Shown here in pieces: positions 30,133-38,520 of a DNA stretch of 53,140 nt; position 1 is the stretch's first letter; the number at the start of each line of letters is the position of its first letter. Below the pieces are notes generated by a model. The model was not told where the DNA came from and did no database searches. It saw only the letters and a program-made list of their open reading frames with translations. The DNA comes from Candidatus Hadarchaeales archaeon (GTDB lineage: Archaea; Hadarchaeota; Hadarchaeia; Hadarchaeales; JAWBSP01): NCBI GenBank assembly GCA_038842485.1, contig JAWBSP010000007.1, forward strand, positions 1-53,140, given 5' to 3'. A program made the translations under genes and the position numbers.

Positions 30133-30921
30133 CTAGATTCCTAGAATAGATTTCACGGCCTCTGCGTGGAAGCCGTCTGCACCCACCGAAACTTCAAAAA
30201 CTTGTCCTAGGGCCGAAGTGGAGACCCCGGCAAGCGCAAGGACGGTAAGGGTGTGCCGTTCGGTTCCCCCCACCTTCTCTATGTCAAAGTAAAGGGTGCC
30301 ATCCGAGCTCGAGAGGATATCTTCCTCCATAGCAGGGGGTAGAGCACCTTTCCTGAGGATACCGCAAACCATTCCCTTCCAGCTGTGAGAGGCCACCCGC
30401 AACCCCTCCATGAACGACAGAAACTCCATCGGTTTGTCCTGCAGTAGTCTAGCCACATCGGTGAGGGTGTAGATGAAGATCTGGGAGTCAGGCCCAATCT
30501 TTTTCAGCGAGTTCACTACCTGAAGAAGAAACTTTCTCGTATCCGGCGCTTTTTTCTTCTCCCACATGGCCCCGATCAGGGAGGAGTACTCTTTGCTGTA
30601 GTCCAAAAATTTCACGTTCCTCTTGAAGAGCTCGAAGAACCTCTTGTTGAAAGTGCTCTTCACGGAGGATAGGATTTCCTCTGCTGACTTGGAGAAGGTG
30701 GCGTACCAGATTTCCTTAGGTATCTTCACCCTCGGTGGGGGAGTCAGATGTCCCTCTTTCAAGGCAGCGTTCACGAAGGCAGTAGTTGCTAGGAACTCGG
30801 ATTTGTAGGCTTGGGGCGGACCGTAGAGCAGGATCAGGGAACCTACCCCGATTCCACCACCTGCTAGGAGATCGATAGACTTGACCCCCGTTGGGATGAC
30901 CAACCCCCCTTCTTTCGGCAA
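30133..30921 (-). CDS. KaiC/RAD55/ArlH-like RecA-fold protein
   Basis: IPTGVKSIDLLAGGGI.VGSLILLYGPPQAYKS and SSDGTLYF. TTG 30921 preferred because the longer ORF overlaps the pilin gene. Confidence 0.8.
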   Translation of the reverse strand: MPKEGGLVIPTGVKSIDLLAGGGIGVGSLILLYGPPQAYKSEFLATTAFVNAALKEGHLTPPPRVKIPKEIWYATFSKSAEEILSSVKSTFNKRFFELFKRNVKFLDYSKEYSSLIGAMWEKKKAPDTRKFLLQVVNSLKKIGPDSQIFIYTLTDVARLLQDKPMEFLSFMEGLRVASHSWKGMVCGILRKGALPPAMEEDILSSSDGTLYFDIEKVGGTERHTLTVLALAGVSTSALGQVFEVSVGADGFHAEAVKSILGI

Positions 30922-30977
30922 TCTCAAAAATGGGCGTGTTGGAATAAAGCCCTTTATTATTTCTGCGCTTCTTTTAG

Positions 30978-31370
30978 ATGGATGCCATAGGTGTTTCACC
31001 AGTAATTGCGACAGTTCTGCTAATAGTGGTAACCGTGGTGCTGGTGGGTGTAGTCGCCATGGTAGCCATGGGCATGGTGGGGGGGATTACTCCTCCAAAA
31101 AACACCTCTCTCCTTCTCGAGAACGTTGCGATTGGCAGTCAAGGTTTCATAGTGAGGCACAATGGGGGGGATCCGATTCCCTTCAAGGACTTGGAGGTGA
31201 GAGTAAATGGACGGCTCGCTACTTACGAACGAGAGAATGAGAACATGCAGAGCTTTGTGGTGGGGGACTATATCGAAGTACGTCTTCAGCAAGAACTCAA
31301 ATTTATGGATTACATAGTCGTCATCTACAAACCAGCCAACCAGATTATTGTCTCGACTAGAGTTGCCTAG
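30978..31370 (+). CDS. Archaeal type IV pilin (DUF1628-like)
   Basis: G|VSPVIATVLLIVVTVVL pilin N-terminus and HNGGDPI motif; TTTATTAT about 25 bp upstream. Confidence 0.88.
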   Translation: MDAIGVSPVIATVLLIVVTVVLVGVVAMVAMGMVGGITPPKNTSLLLENVAIGSQGFIVRHNGGDPIPFKDLEVRVNGRLATYERENENMQSFVVGDYIEVRLQQELKFMDYIVVIYKPANQIIVSTRVA

Positions 31371-31375
31371 CGACT

Positions 31376-32917
31376 TTGAGGCAGCTGATTCATAACGGCG
31401 TCTTCATTCCGGCGTATGAGGTCAAGGGATTCAAGCTCAGGTTAAGGGGCTCCGAGCTTCCACTGACCCCAGAGCAAGAGGAGATGGCGGTGGCCTTCTG
31501 CAAAACTCCCCCCGAGCGCCTGCAGGATCCCGTTTTTGTGAAGAATTTTCTGAAGGATTTTTGCGCTTCACTGAACGTGAAGGCAACGTTGGAGGATTTC
31601 GATTTCAGCGAAATCAGGAGGTGGCTGGAGGAGGAAAAGGCCAAAAAGGAAGCCATGAGCCGGGAGGAAAGGAAGGCCCTGTCCGAGCTTCGGAAGAAGG
31701 AGAGGGAGGAGAGGAGACAGAAATACGGGTTTGCTATCATCGACGGTCAGAGGGTTGAGGTCAATTTCATGGTTGAGCCCCCATGCATCTTTGTGGGAAG
31801 GGGGAAGCATCCTCTAAGGGGAAGGTGGAAACCCAGAGTGAAGTACTCGGATATCACCCTGAATCTTTCCCCTGATGCACCCACCCCCCCAGTTCCCGAC
31901 GGTACGAGCTGGGGCGGGAGGGTCTGGGAGCCAGATTCTCTCTGGATAGCTAGGTGGAGGGACAAGCTCACGGGAAAGATGAAGTATGTCTGGATTTCCG
32001 ACACGGCACCCCTCAAGCAAGAGAGGGAGAAACAGAAGTTCGAGCTCGCTAAGAAGTTCAAACCCTCGAAAATAAAGGAGCACATAGAGAAGGGGCTCTC
32101 TTCCCCCGATCCCCTCCTGAGGAAGATTGCGACCGTGGCTTACCTAATCGACCTGCTGAAAATAAGAGTGGGGGATGAGAAGGACCCGGATGAGCTAGAT
32201 ACCGTGGGTGCGACGACTCTCAAGAAATCCAATGTGAAAATAGTGGGGGAGAGAAAGGTAGAGTTCGACTTCCTAGGGAAGGGGGCGGTGAGGTTCCACA
32301 AGACCATCGAGGTCCACCCGCAAGTTGTCAAGAATCTTCAAGAATTCATGAACAACGACTCCGACAGGTTGTTTCCAGACATTAGGTGCGAGCAGGTGAA
32401 CGAGTTCCTGGGTCAGATCGTCCCGGGCATAACGGCCAAGGTCTTTAGGACTTATTACGCCACTGAGGAGGTGAGGAGGACGCTGGAGGAGCAAGGTGTG
32501 AAGAAGACCGACCCGGAGTACAAAAAAGTCTTCGCCGCCAAACTGGCAAACCTAAGGGCCGCGGAGATCCTGCACCACAAAAAGACCCCTCCTAAGAACT
32601 GGAAGGAGAGGTTGGAGCGGAGGGCGGAAAAAGTGCGTGCGCTTGAGGAGAAAATTAGGCTACTTCAGCAAAGCAAGGTTCGCCGAAAGAAGGAGAGGCT
32701 GGCAAAACTTAGGGAAAAACTCAGAGAGCAGAAGCTTAGGCTAGAGCTCATGAGGCGGACGAGAGATTACAACCTTGGCACCTCCCTGAAAAGTTACATC
32801 AATCCTGAGGTCTATGCGAGCTGGGCGAGAAAGGTGGGGCTCGATATCAAGAAGATTTACCCCAAAACCCTCCAGAGAAAGTTTGCCTGGGCCCTAGGTA
32901 CCGAGCCGCCAGCTTGA
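31376..32917 (+). CDS. topIB: Eukaryote-type DNA topoisomerase IB
   Basis: HNGV..P, EPP.IF.GRG.HPLRG, RVGDEK, DTVG, FDFLGK, TAKVFRTY, LGTSLKSYINP (catalytic Tyr474). Confidence 0.93.
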   Translation: MRQLIHNGVFIPAYEVKGFKLRLRGSELPLTPEQEEMAVAFCKTPPERLQDPVFVKNFLKDFCASLNVKATLEDFDFSEIRRWLEEEKAKKEAMSREERKALSELRKKEREERRQKYGFAIIDGQRVEVNFMVEPPCIFVGRGKHPLRGRWKPRVKYSDITLNLSPDAPTPPVPDGTSWGGRVWEPDSLWIARWRDKLTGKMKYVWISDTAPLKQEREKQKFELAKKFKPSKIKEHIEKGLSSPDPLLRKIATVAYLIDLLKIRVGDEKDPDELDTVGATTLKKSNVKIVGERKVEFDFLGKGAVRFHKTIEVHPQVVKNLQEFMNNDSDRLFPDIRCEQVNEFLGQIVPGITAKVFRTYYATEEVRRTLEEQGVKKTDPEYKKVFAAKLANLRAAEILHHKKTPPKNWKERLERRAEKVRALEEKIRLLQQSKVRRKKERLAKLREKLREQKLRLELMRRTRDYNLGTSLKSYINPEVYASWARKVGLDIKKIYPKTLQRKFAWALGTEPPA

Positions 32918-34138
32918 TCTATATCTTGCCTGCTCTTCGGTCTCCCTTTCGATTTTCCCTCCCAAGCTCAGGAGCTTTAGCTCAGCAACCCTCTTGTCAA
33001 GTTCCGCTGGTACCTGATATACCCTAGGCTGGAGCTCTCTTGCATGCTGGGCGAGGTATTTGGCGGAGAGGGCCTGCAGGGAGAAGCTCATGTCCATGAT
33101 CTCCACCGGATGCCCGAGCGAGCGCTGCCCTGCCAAGTTGACCAGTCTCCCCTGACAGAGCAGGAAGAGCCTTCTCCCGTCTTTGAGTGTGTATTCCTCC
33201 ACATCCGGCAGAATCTGTTTTTGGGTTGACATCTCCCTGAGTGAGGGAAGGTCTATTTCCACATCGAAGTGCCCCGCGTTTGCCAAGATGGCCCCGTCCT
33301 TCATCCTCTCAAAGTGCTCTCTCCTGATGACCCTGAAATTGCCAGTGCAGGTGATGAAGATGTCGCCGATCTCGGCGGCTGAATTCATATCCACGGCCTG
33401 GAAACCGTCCATCTGTGCTTCAAGGGCCCTTGTGGGATCGGTTTCCACCACATAGACAATGGATCCCATCCCCCTTGCCCGAGAGGCTATACCTCTTCCC
33501 ACGTGTCCGTACCCTATCACCACCACTCTCTTCCCCGCCAGCTGGAGGTTGGTAGTTGCCATGAGTGCTTGGAGTGTGGATTCGGCCGTTCCGAAGCGGT
33601 TATCGAAGAGCCTCTTTGAGGGAGAATCGTTGACCGCAATAACCGGAAACCTCAGCACCCCCTCCTCTTCCATTCTCCTCACCCTGTTGACCCCGGTGGT
33701 AGTTTCCTCGCAGGCGCCCAAGATGTTTGTGACGTTCAGCTGGTGAGCAAGCGAAATGAGATCTCCGCCGTCGTCAATGAGGATATCTGGCTTGGTCTCC
33801 AGAACGCTTCTGAGGTTCTCGAAATACTCCGCGTTGGTTTCTCCCTTCCAAGCGAACACCTGAAAGCCTTCCTGTGCTAGGGCAGCAGCACACTCATCCT
33901 TGGTGGAGAGGGGGTTGCAGCCCGCTATCGCCACCCGAGCACCCCCAGCAGCGAGCGTCCTCACGAGCACGGCAGTTTTGGCCTCCACGTGGAGAGCCAT
34001 TCCTATCCTCAGGCCCTCGAGCGGTCTCTCCTTTTCAAACTCTTTCCTGATTTGAGCCATCACCGGCATGTGGAGGGAGGCCCACTCTATTTGTGCCCTT
34101 CCTTCTTGAGCCAGTGCCTCGCTCCTAACTCGCGACAT
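32894..34138 (-). CDS. ahcY: Adenosylhomocysteinase
   Basis: LHVEAKTA, CNPLST, DDGGD, EETTTGV, FDNRFGT, GHFDVEID. Confidence 0.96.
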   Translation of the reverse strand: MSRVRSEALAQEGRAQIEWASLHMPVMAQIRKEFEKERPLEGLRIGMALHVEAKTAVLVRTLAAGGARVAIAGCNPLSTKDECAAALAQEGFQVFAWKGETNAEYFENLRSVLETKPDILIDDGGDLISLAHQLNVTNILGACEETTTGVNRVRRMEEEGVLRFPVIAVNDSPSKRLFDNRFGTAESTLQALMATTNLQLAGKRVVVIGYGHVGRGIASRARGMGSIVYVVETDPTRALEAQMDGFQAVDMNSAAEIGDIFITCTGNFRVIRREHFERMKDGAILANAGHFDVEIDLPSLREMSTQKQILPDVEEYTLKDGRRLFLLCQGRLVNLAGQRSLGHPVEIMDMSFSLQALSAKYLAQHARELQPRVYQVPAELDKRVAELKLLSLGGKIERETEEQARYRSSWRLGT

Positions 34139-35411
34139 CCTCAACCAGCTCCTCGGCAGCTCTTCTGGCGCGCTCCATCACTTCCTCCTCCTGTAGGGTC
34201 AGAACCTTCCTTCCCTCCATGAGGATTCTTCCATCCACGATCACGGTGTGAACGTCTGAGCCCCTTGCCGAATAAACCAAGTTCGAGCAAATGTCATGGG
34301 AGGGGGTCAAATGCGGTGCCTTCAGATCGACCAAGATTAGATCTGCTTTTTTCCCAGGCTCGATGGTTCCCACATCTTTCATTCCCAGCGCCCTAGCTCC
34401 TCCGACCGTGGCCATTTTTAGAATTTCTCTGACCTTCAGACAGGAAGGATCTTCCTTCCTCCACTTTTGTGCAAGGGCACACAGCTTCATCTCCCAGAAC
34501 ATGTCGAGGGCGTTATTGCTGGCGGGGCCGTCGGTCCCAAGTGCTACCTCTATTCCAGCATCCAAAAATTCTCTAACGGGTGCCACTCCCGAAGCCAGCT
34601 TGAGGTTGCTGGTGGGGTTGTGCGCCACCTTCACTCCCGCAGCAGCCAGAGCATTGATTTCCTCCTTTTCACAGTGGACACAATGAGAGGCTAGGATCCG
34701 GGGAGTGAGGAATCCTATTTCTTTAAGGTGAAGGATTGGCGGTTTCCCCGTTCTCTTTATACACTCCTGAACTTCTTCCAGTGTTTCCGAGAGGTGGATG
34801 TGTATCCCAACGTCGTGCTTCTCCGCGAGCTCTTTAATCTCCATCAGGCAATCATCCGAGCAGGTGTATGGGGCATGGGGTCCGAACATCACCTCTATCC
34901 TGCCCCCAGCTGCGCCCCTTTTCCTCAAGAGATCCTCCCCTTTTCGTATCTCAGCTTTCCTCCGATCGGGGTCCCCTAGCTCGATGATCCCATAGGAGAG
35001 GGAGGCCCTCAGGCCCGATTCCTCCACAGCTCGTGCTACTTCCTCCATGTGAAAGTACATGTCAGCGAAGCAGGTTGTGCCAGACTTGATCATCTCGAGG
35101 CAGCCCAGCAAGGCGCCCGCGTAAACGTGCTTCGGTTTGAGTCTGCGTTCTAGGGGCCATATCTTTTCCTCCAGCCACCTCTTGAGGGGGAGATCCTCAG
35201 CGTAGCCCCTGAGAAGGGTCATAGCCAGATGGGTGTGGGCGTTTACCAGCCCGGGCAGAATCAGTTTTCCCCTAGCATCCAGTAACCTCTCCGCCTTTTC
35301 TCTCACTTCACCCACCGAGACTATCCGGTTTCCTTCAATAGCAATATCCGCCTTGACTGTCTGAAAATCTGGCGTGAGAACCAGTCCGTCCTTTAGGATA
35401 AGTTCAGGCAA
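34125..35411 (-). CDS. mtaD: 5-methylthioadenosine/S-adenosylhomocysteine deaminase (amidohydrolase)
   Basis: NAHTHLAM, PHAPYTC, HIHLSET, GTDGPASNN; adjacent to ahcY. Confidence 0.85.
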   Translation of the reverse strand: MPELILKDGLVLTPDFQTVKADIAIEGNRIVSVGEVREKAERLLDARGKLILPGLVNAHTHLAMTLLRGYAEDLPLKRWLEEKIWPLERRLKPKHVYAGALLGCLEMIKSGTTCFADMYFHMEEVARAVEESGLRASLSYGIIELGDPDRRKAEIRKGEDLLRKRGAAGGRIEVMFGPHAPYTCSDDCLMEIKELAEKHDVGIHIHLSETLEEVQECIKRTGKPPILHLKEIGFLTPRILASHCVHCEKEEINALAAAGVKVAHNPTSNLKLASGVAPVREFLDAGIEVALGTDGPASNNALDMFWEMKLCALAQKWRKEDPSCLKVREILKMATVGGARALGMKDVGTIEPGKKADLILVDLKAPHLTPSHDICSNLVYSARGSDVHTVIVDGRILMEGRKVLTLQEEEVMERARRAAEELVEDVAS

Positions 35412-36027
35412 GCTTGGCGAGTTCCTTGGCGATGGTACGCCCGAATTCCGACGCCGCTCCCGGCCCGTTGGCAGTTATGATGTTTCCATCCACCACCACG
35501 GACTTGTTTACGTATTTGGCGCCTTTTTCTTCCAGCATTCGTCTGAATTCTCCGTCCCAAACGGTGGCTTTCCGGTTCTCCAGCAGCCCCGCGTTGGCGA
35601 GTATCACTGGAGCAATGCAGATGGCGCACACTTTTTTCCCCAGCTCGGCTGCTTCTTTAGCCAACGAGAGCGCATTCTCATCCCCGAAGTAAACTTGGCA
35701 TCCTACCCCACCGACGAACACAATAGCGTCCCAGTCCCTCGCATTTGTCTCCTCCAGCCTTAAATCTGGTCTCACCCTACCTCCAAGCATCCCCACCGCG
35801 GTCCCCTTACTGGTACTGGCCACTCGCACCTCGATTCCGGCCTTTTCCAGCTCACTTCTCGTGTCGAAGAGTTCTTCGTCTCTAAAGTTTTCGGGTGCAA
35901 TCACCATCAGAACCCTCTTTCCAGGCACCCAGATCACCTCCTCCCTTCTATATAGGAATGCCCAAGCTAAAATCTGTACTAAAAAGGCCACGACTAGGAA
36001 GAAGGAGAGCCATTTTTTATTTTCCAC
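35404..36027 (-). CDS. DJ-1/PfpI family protein with an N-terminal membrane anchor
   Basis: FRDEEL, FVGGVG, AICIAP (catalytic Cys), ITANGP; hydrophobic residues 6-26. Confidence 0.88.
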   Translation of the reverse strand: MENKKWLSFFLVVAFLVQILAWAFLYRREEVIWVPGKRVLMVIAPENFRDEELFDTRSELEKAGIEVRVASTSKGTAVGMLGGRVRPDLRLEETNARDWDAIVFVGGVGCQVYFGDENALSLAKEAAELGKKVCAICIAPVILANAGLLENRKATVWDGEFRRMLEEKGAKYVNKSVVVDGNIITANGPGAASEFGRTIAKELAKLA

Positions 36028-36364
36028 TTTTCCTCGTTCTCCGTTTATCCTCTGCTAGCCTGAGAATCAAGAGGTTGGAGGTGTGGATGCTCAGCGGGAC
36101 CTCGGTTCCGTCGGCTTTTCTCACCGAGGCGCCCTGAACCGTGACGCGTCCGCGTTTCGTGTCAACCGAAAGAACTTCCCCCTCGAGGCCCTTGAAGTCC
36201 CCCTTCACCACTCGAACTCTATCCCCCTTCCTCACTCGCAGGGCTCTCTTCCCGATTTTAGCTCTCAGCTCCCTGCTCAGAGGGGCGTGAAGGAATTTCC
36301 CCCTTGCATGGAGGGGAGCATGGTAGAGACGCATCCTCTGCTTCCTGGGTTGCGCGCTAACCAT
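36017..36364 (-). CDS. rpl24: 50S ribosomal protein L24 (uL24)
   Basis: SAQPRKQR, VRKGDRVRVVKGDFKG, IHTSNL. Confidence 0.95.
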   Translation of the reverse strand: MVSAQPRKQRMRLYHAPLHARGKFLHAPLSRELRAKIGKRALRVRKGDRVRVVKGDFKGLEGEVLSVDTKRGRVTVQGASVRKADGTEVPLSIHTSNLLILRLAEDKRRTRKSGK

Positions 36365-36789
36365 CACACCACAATGGAGGCTATTCCCGCAACTTTTGGC
36401 CATCTCTCGGCAGCTTCCCTAGCAATGGGACCCCTTATCTGCGTTCCGCGTGGGCTCCCATCTGGATTGATCAAAACCGCACTGTTGTCCTCAAACTTTA
36501 CCCTTATGCCATCGGTCCTCCTGTATTCCTTTTTCTGTCTCACTATCACCGCCCTAACCAGCTTCTTCTTGAATTCGGGCGTCCCCTTCTTGACGGCCCC
36601 GACTATCTGGTCTCCCACCCCTGCTTTCCCCATCCTGCGCCTAGATCCCTTGTACCCCACGACCGAGACGATTTGAAGTTCCTTCACCCCCGTGTTGTCG
36701 GTGCACAGGATTCTGGCTCCCACGGGCAGGACCCTAACAGGGGTGACGGGTGAAATTCCAAAGGACTCTCCTGCTCTTTTCTTACCCAT
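36364..36789 (-). CDS. rpl14: 50S ribosomal protein L14 (uL14)
   Basis: [27 protein letters not shown]. Confidence 0.97.
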   Translation of the reverse strand: MGKKRAGESFGISPVTPVRVLPVGARILCTDNTGVKELQIVSVVGYKGSRRRMGKAGVGDQIVGAVKKGTPEFKKKLVRAVIVRQKKEYRRTDGIRVKFEDNSAVLINPDGSPRGTQIRGPIAREAAERWPKVAGIASIVV

Positions 36790-36791
36790 TT

Positions 36792-37112
36792 TCAGCCCTC
36801 CTTTTCCACCACCACGAAGGATTTGGTTTTGCTGAGCCTTCTACATTCCGCTATCTTGACCTTGTCACCCACCTTAGCCCCTATGCAGGGAGGATTGTGG
36901 GCATGGATCTTTGAGGTTCTCCTCTCGTACCTCTCGTACTTCCTCACCAGATGCATTCTCTCAATGGCCACCGTCACCGTTTTTGCCATTCTGTCACTTA
37001 CTACCTTCCCCTCTAGGATTGCTCCCCTCACCTTCAGGCCCCCGTGAAAGGGGCACCTAGGGTCGTTACAGGTTTCTTGCGGAGGCTTGACGTTTAGACC
37101 GATGTCTCTCAT
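36792..37112 (-). CDS. rps17: 30S ribosomal protein S17 (uS17)
   Basis: [28 protein letters not shown]. Confidence 0.97.
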   Translation of the reverse strand: MRDIGLNVKPPQETCNDPRCPFHGGLKVRGAILEGKVVSDRMAKTVTVAIERMHLVRKYERYERRTSKIHAHNPPCIGAKVGDKVKIAECRRLSKTKSFVVVEKEG

Positions 37113-37378
37113 AGATTCTTAATTCTCTCCTCGGGCCTCATAATGGTTTTCCTCCCGTCCACCTCAACCTCCTCCCCGTTAGGCAGGGTGAATTTTAAGA
37201 CCACCACGTTTTTTGGAATCCGTATGACCCTTTCCCCCTCCTGAAGGAGGATGGTTCTTCTGGTTTCATCCACTATCACGCCGCTCCTCCCCCTGAGCGT
37301 GGGATCCCTGCTATCCACAATTTTGACCTTCAGGCCTATCCACTCATGTCTGAGAGCGTTGGATCTGGTGATGGGGAT
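37109..37378 (-). CDS. rnp1: RNase P protein subunit Rpp29; apparent ATC start codon
   Basis: (M)[35 protein letters not shown]; conserved position between aIF1 and rps17. Confidence 0.88.
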   Translation of the reverse strand: MPITRSNALRHEWIGLKVKIVDSRDPTLRGRSGVIVDETRRTILLQEGERVIRIPKNVVVLKFTLPNGEEVEVDGRKTIMRPEERIKNL

Positions 37379-37386
37379 GGTATCAC

Positions 37387-37695
37387 CTATCTGATGTTTA
37401 TCGACTCTGGGGGGAACCCCAGCTCCAGGAGTATGTCTCTCACCTTCTCTTTGTTTCCCCCCTGTAGTTCCAGCAGATTGTTTTTGAAGGTTCCCCCGCA
37501 CGCCAGCTTGGATTTGAGCGTTTTAAGCAATTCTTTGGGGTCTATCGACTTGGAATCAACCCCCTCAACGATTACCACCTTCTTTCCGAATTTTCTTTCT
37601 TCTGTGTAAATGTTTATCCTCTGCTGTTCCTTGGCTATTCCCTCGCAGATGCAGAGCTCCTTGGGAAGACCGCAGATCTTGCAGACCTCAGACAT
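37387..37695 (-). CDS. sui1: Translation initiation factor aIF1 (SUI1)
   Basis: CKICGLPKELCIC, LKSKLACGGT, ELQG. Confidence 0.96.
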   Translation of the reverse strand: MSEVCKICGLPKELCICEGIAKEQQRINIYTEERKFGKKVVIVEGVDSKSIDPKELLKTLKSKLACGGTFKNNLLELQGGNKEKVRDILLELGFPPESINIR

Positions 37696-37913
37696 CAGTC
37701 CTTTCTCTTCTTTCTCAGTTCCTCCTCTTTTATAACTGTTAGCACCCTGGCTATGGCTCTCCTGAGTTCCCTTATTCGCATGGGATTCTCGGTGGACCCC
37801 CCAGCGGCCGTCCTGGCTCTCTCCCTGCTAAGCTCTTCCCTGAGCTCCCTGAGTTTCTCCTTCATTTCCCCGATGCTCATCCCCCTTAGCTCATCCGCTC
37901 TCAGCCTCGCCAC
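37695..37913 (-). CDS. rpl29: 50S ribosomal protein L29 (uL29)
   Basis: LRADELRGMS, ENPMRIRELRRAIARVLT. Confidence 0.95.
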   Translation of the reverse strand: MARLRADELRGMSIGEMKEKLRELREELSRERARTAAGGSTENPMRIRELRRAIARVLTVIKEEELRKKRKD

Positions 37914-38520
37914 TCTCGCTAACCTCCTTTTTTCTGCCCAATGCTTTCAGGTCAATACCTTCCGGCAACATCACCTTCACCTTCACCCCGACGGCTCCGG
38001 GTTTTATGAGGGCTTGGGCATACCCTGTGCTCACAAACTTCTCAGAGTGCTCTCCCGATTTGCTGAGATACCCTTGAAAGAATCTCTCCGACCTTGCTCT
38101 CTCACCCGCGATTTTCCCCGAAATCCTAATCTCAACCCCTCTTGCTCCAGCCGCCATGACCCGCTTTACGTAGGCGTGACCCAGTCTTCGAACGCTCACC
38201 CCTTTTTCCAGGGCCGACGCAATCCTCCTCGCTAGAATGGGCGCGCATAGATCAGGATTCATTTCGAGAACCTCTATTTCAGGTGCCCTCACCCCGTACT
38301 CCTTCTCCAACGTTTCGGTGAGCTCTTTTATGCTCTCTCCTCCCTTCCCGATGACCATTCCCGGCCTCTCCACATACAAGGTTATCTTGGTGCCCGTTGG
38401 CGTCTGCTGTACATCCATCCCTCCATATCCTGCCCTCCCGAGTTTCTCAGCGAGGAATTCCTCCACTTTGGCCTTGTTGAACCCGTACTTGATAAACCAG
38501 AGTTCGGATGAGGAAGGCAT
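37891..38520 (-). CDS. rps3: 30S ribosomal protein S3 (uS3)
   Basis: KH domain RPGMVIGKGG; GARGVEIRISGK. Confidence 0.96.
   Translation of the reverse strand: MPSSSELWFIKYGFNKAKVEEFLAEKLGRAGYGGMDVQQTPTGTKITLYVERPGMVIGKGGESIKELTETLEKEYGVRAPEIEVLEMNPDLCAPILARRIASALEKGVSVRRLGHAYVKRVMAAGARGVEIRISGKIAGERARSERFFQGYLSKSGEHSEKFVSTGYAQALIKPGAVGVKVKVMLPEGIDLKALGRKKEVSESGEAESG

Noticed and set aside
25739-30921. Archaellum operon (arlHIJ)
   Set aside because: No archaellin or arlF/G genes, and the only filament subunit is a DUF1628-type pilin.
37379-37501. ORF-track N-terminal extension of Rpp29 from GTG 37501
   Set aside because: It overlaps aIF1 by 115 nt, does not resemble Rpp29, and the SD points to 37378.
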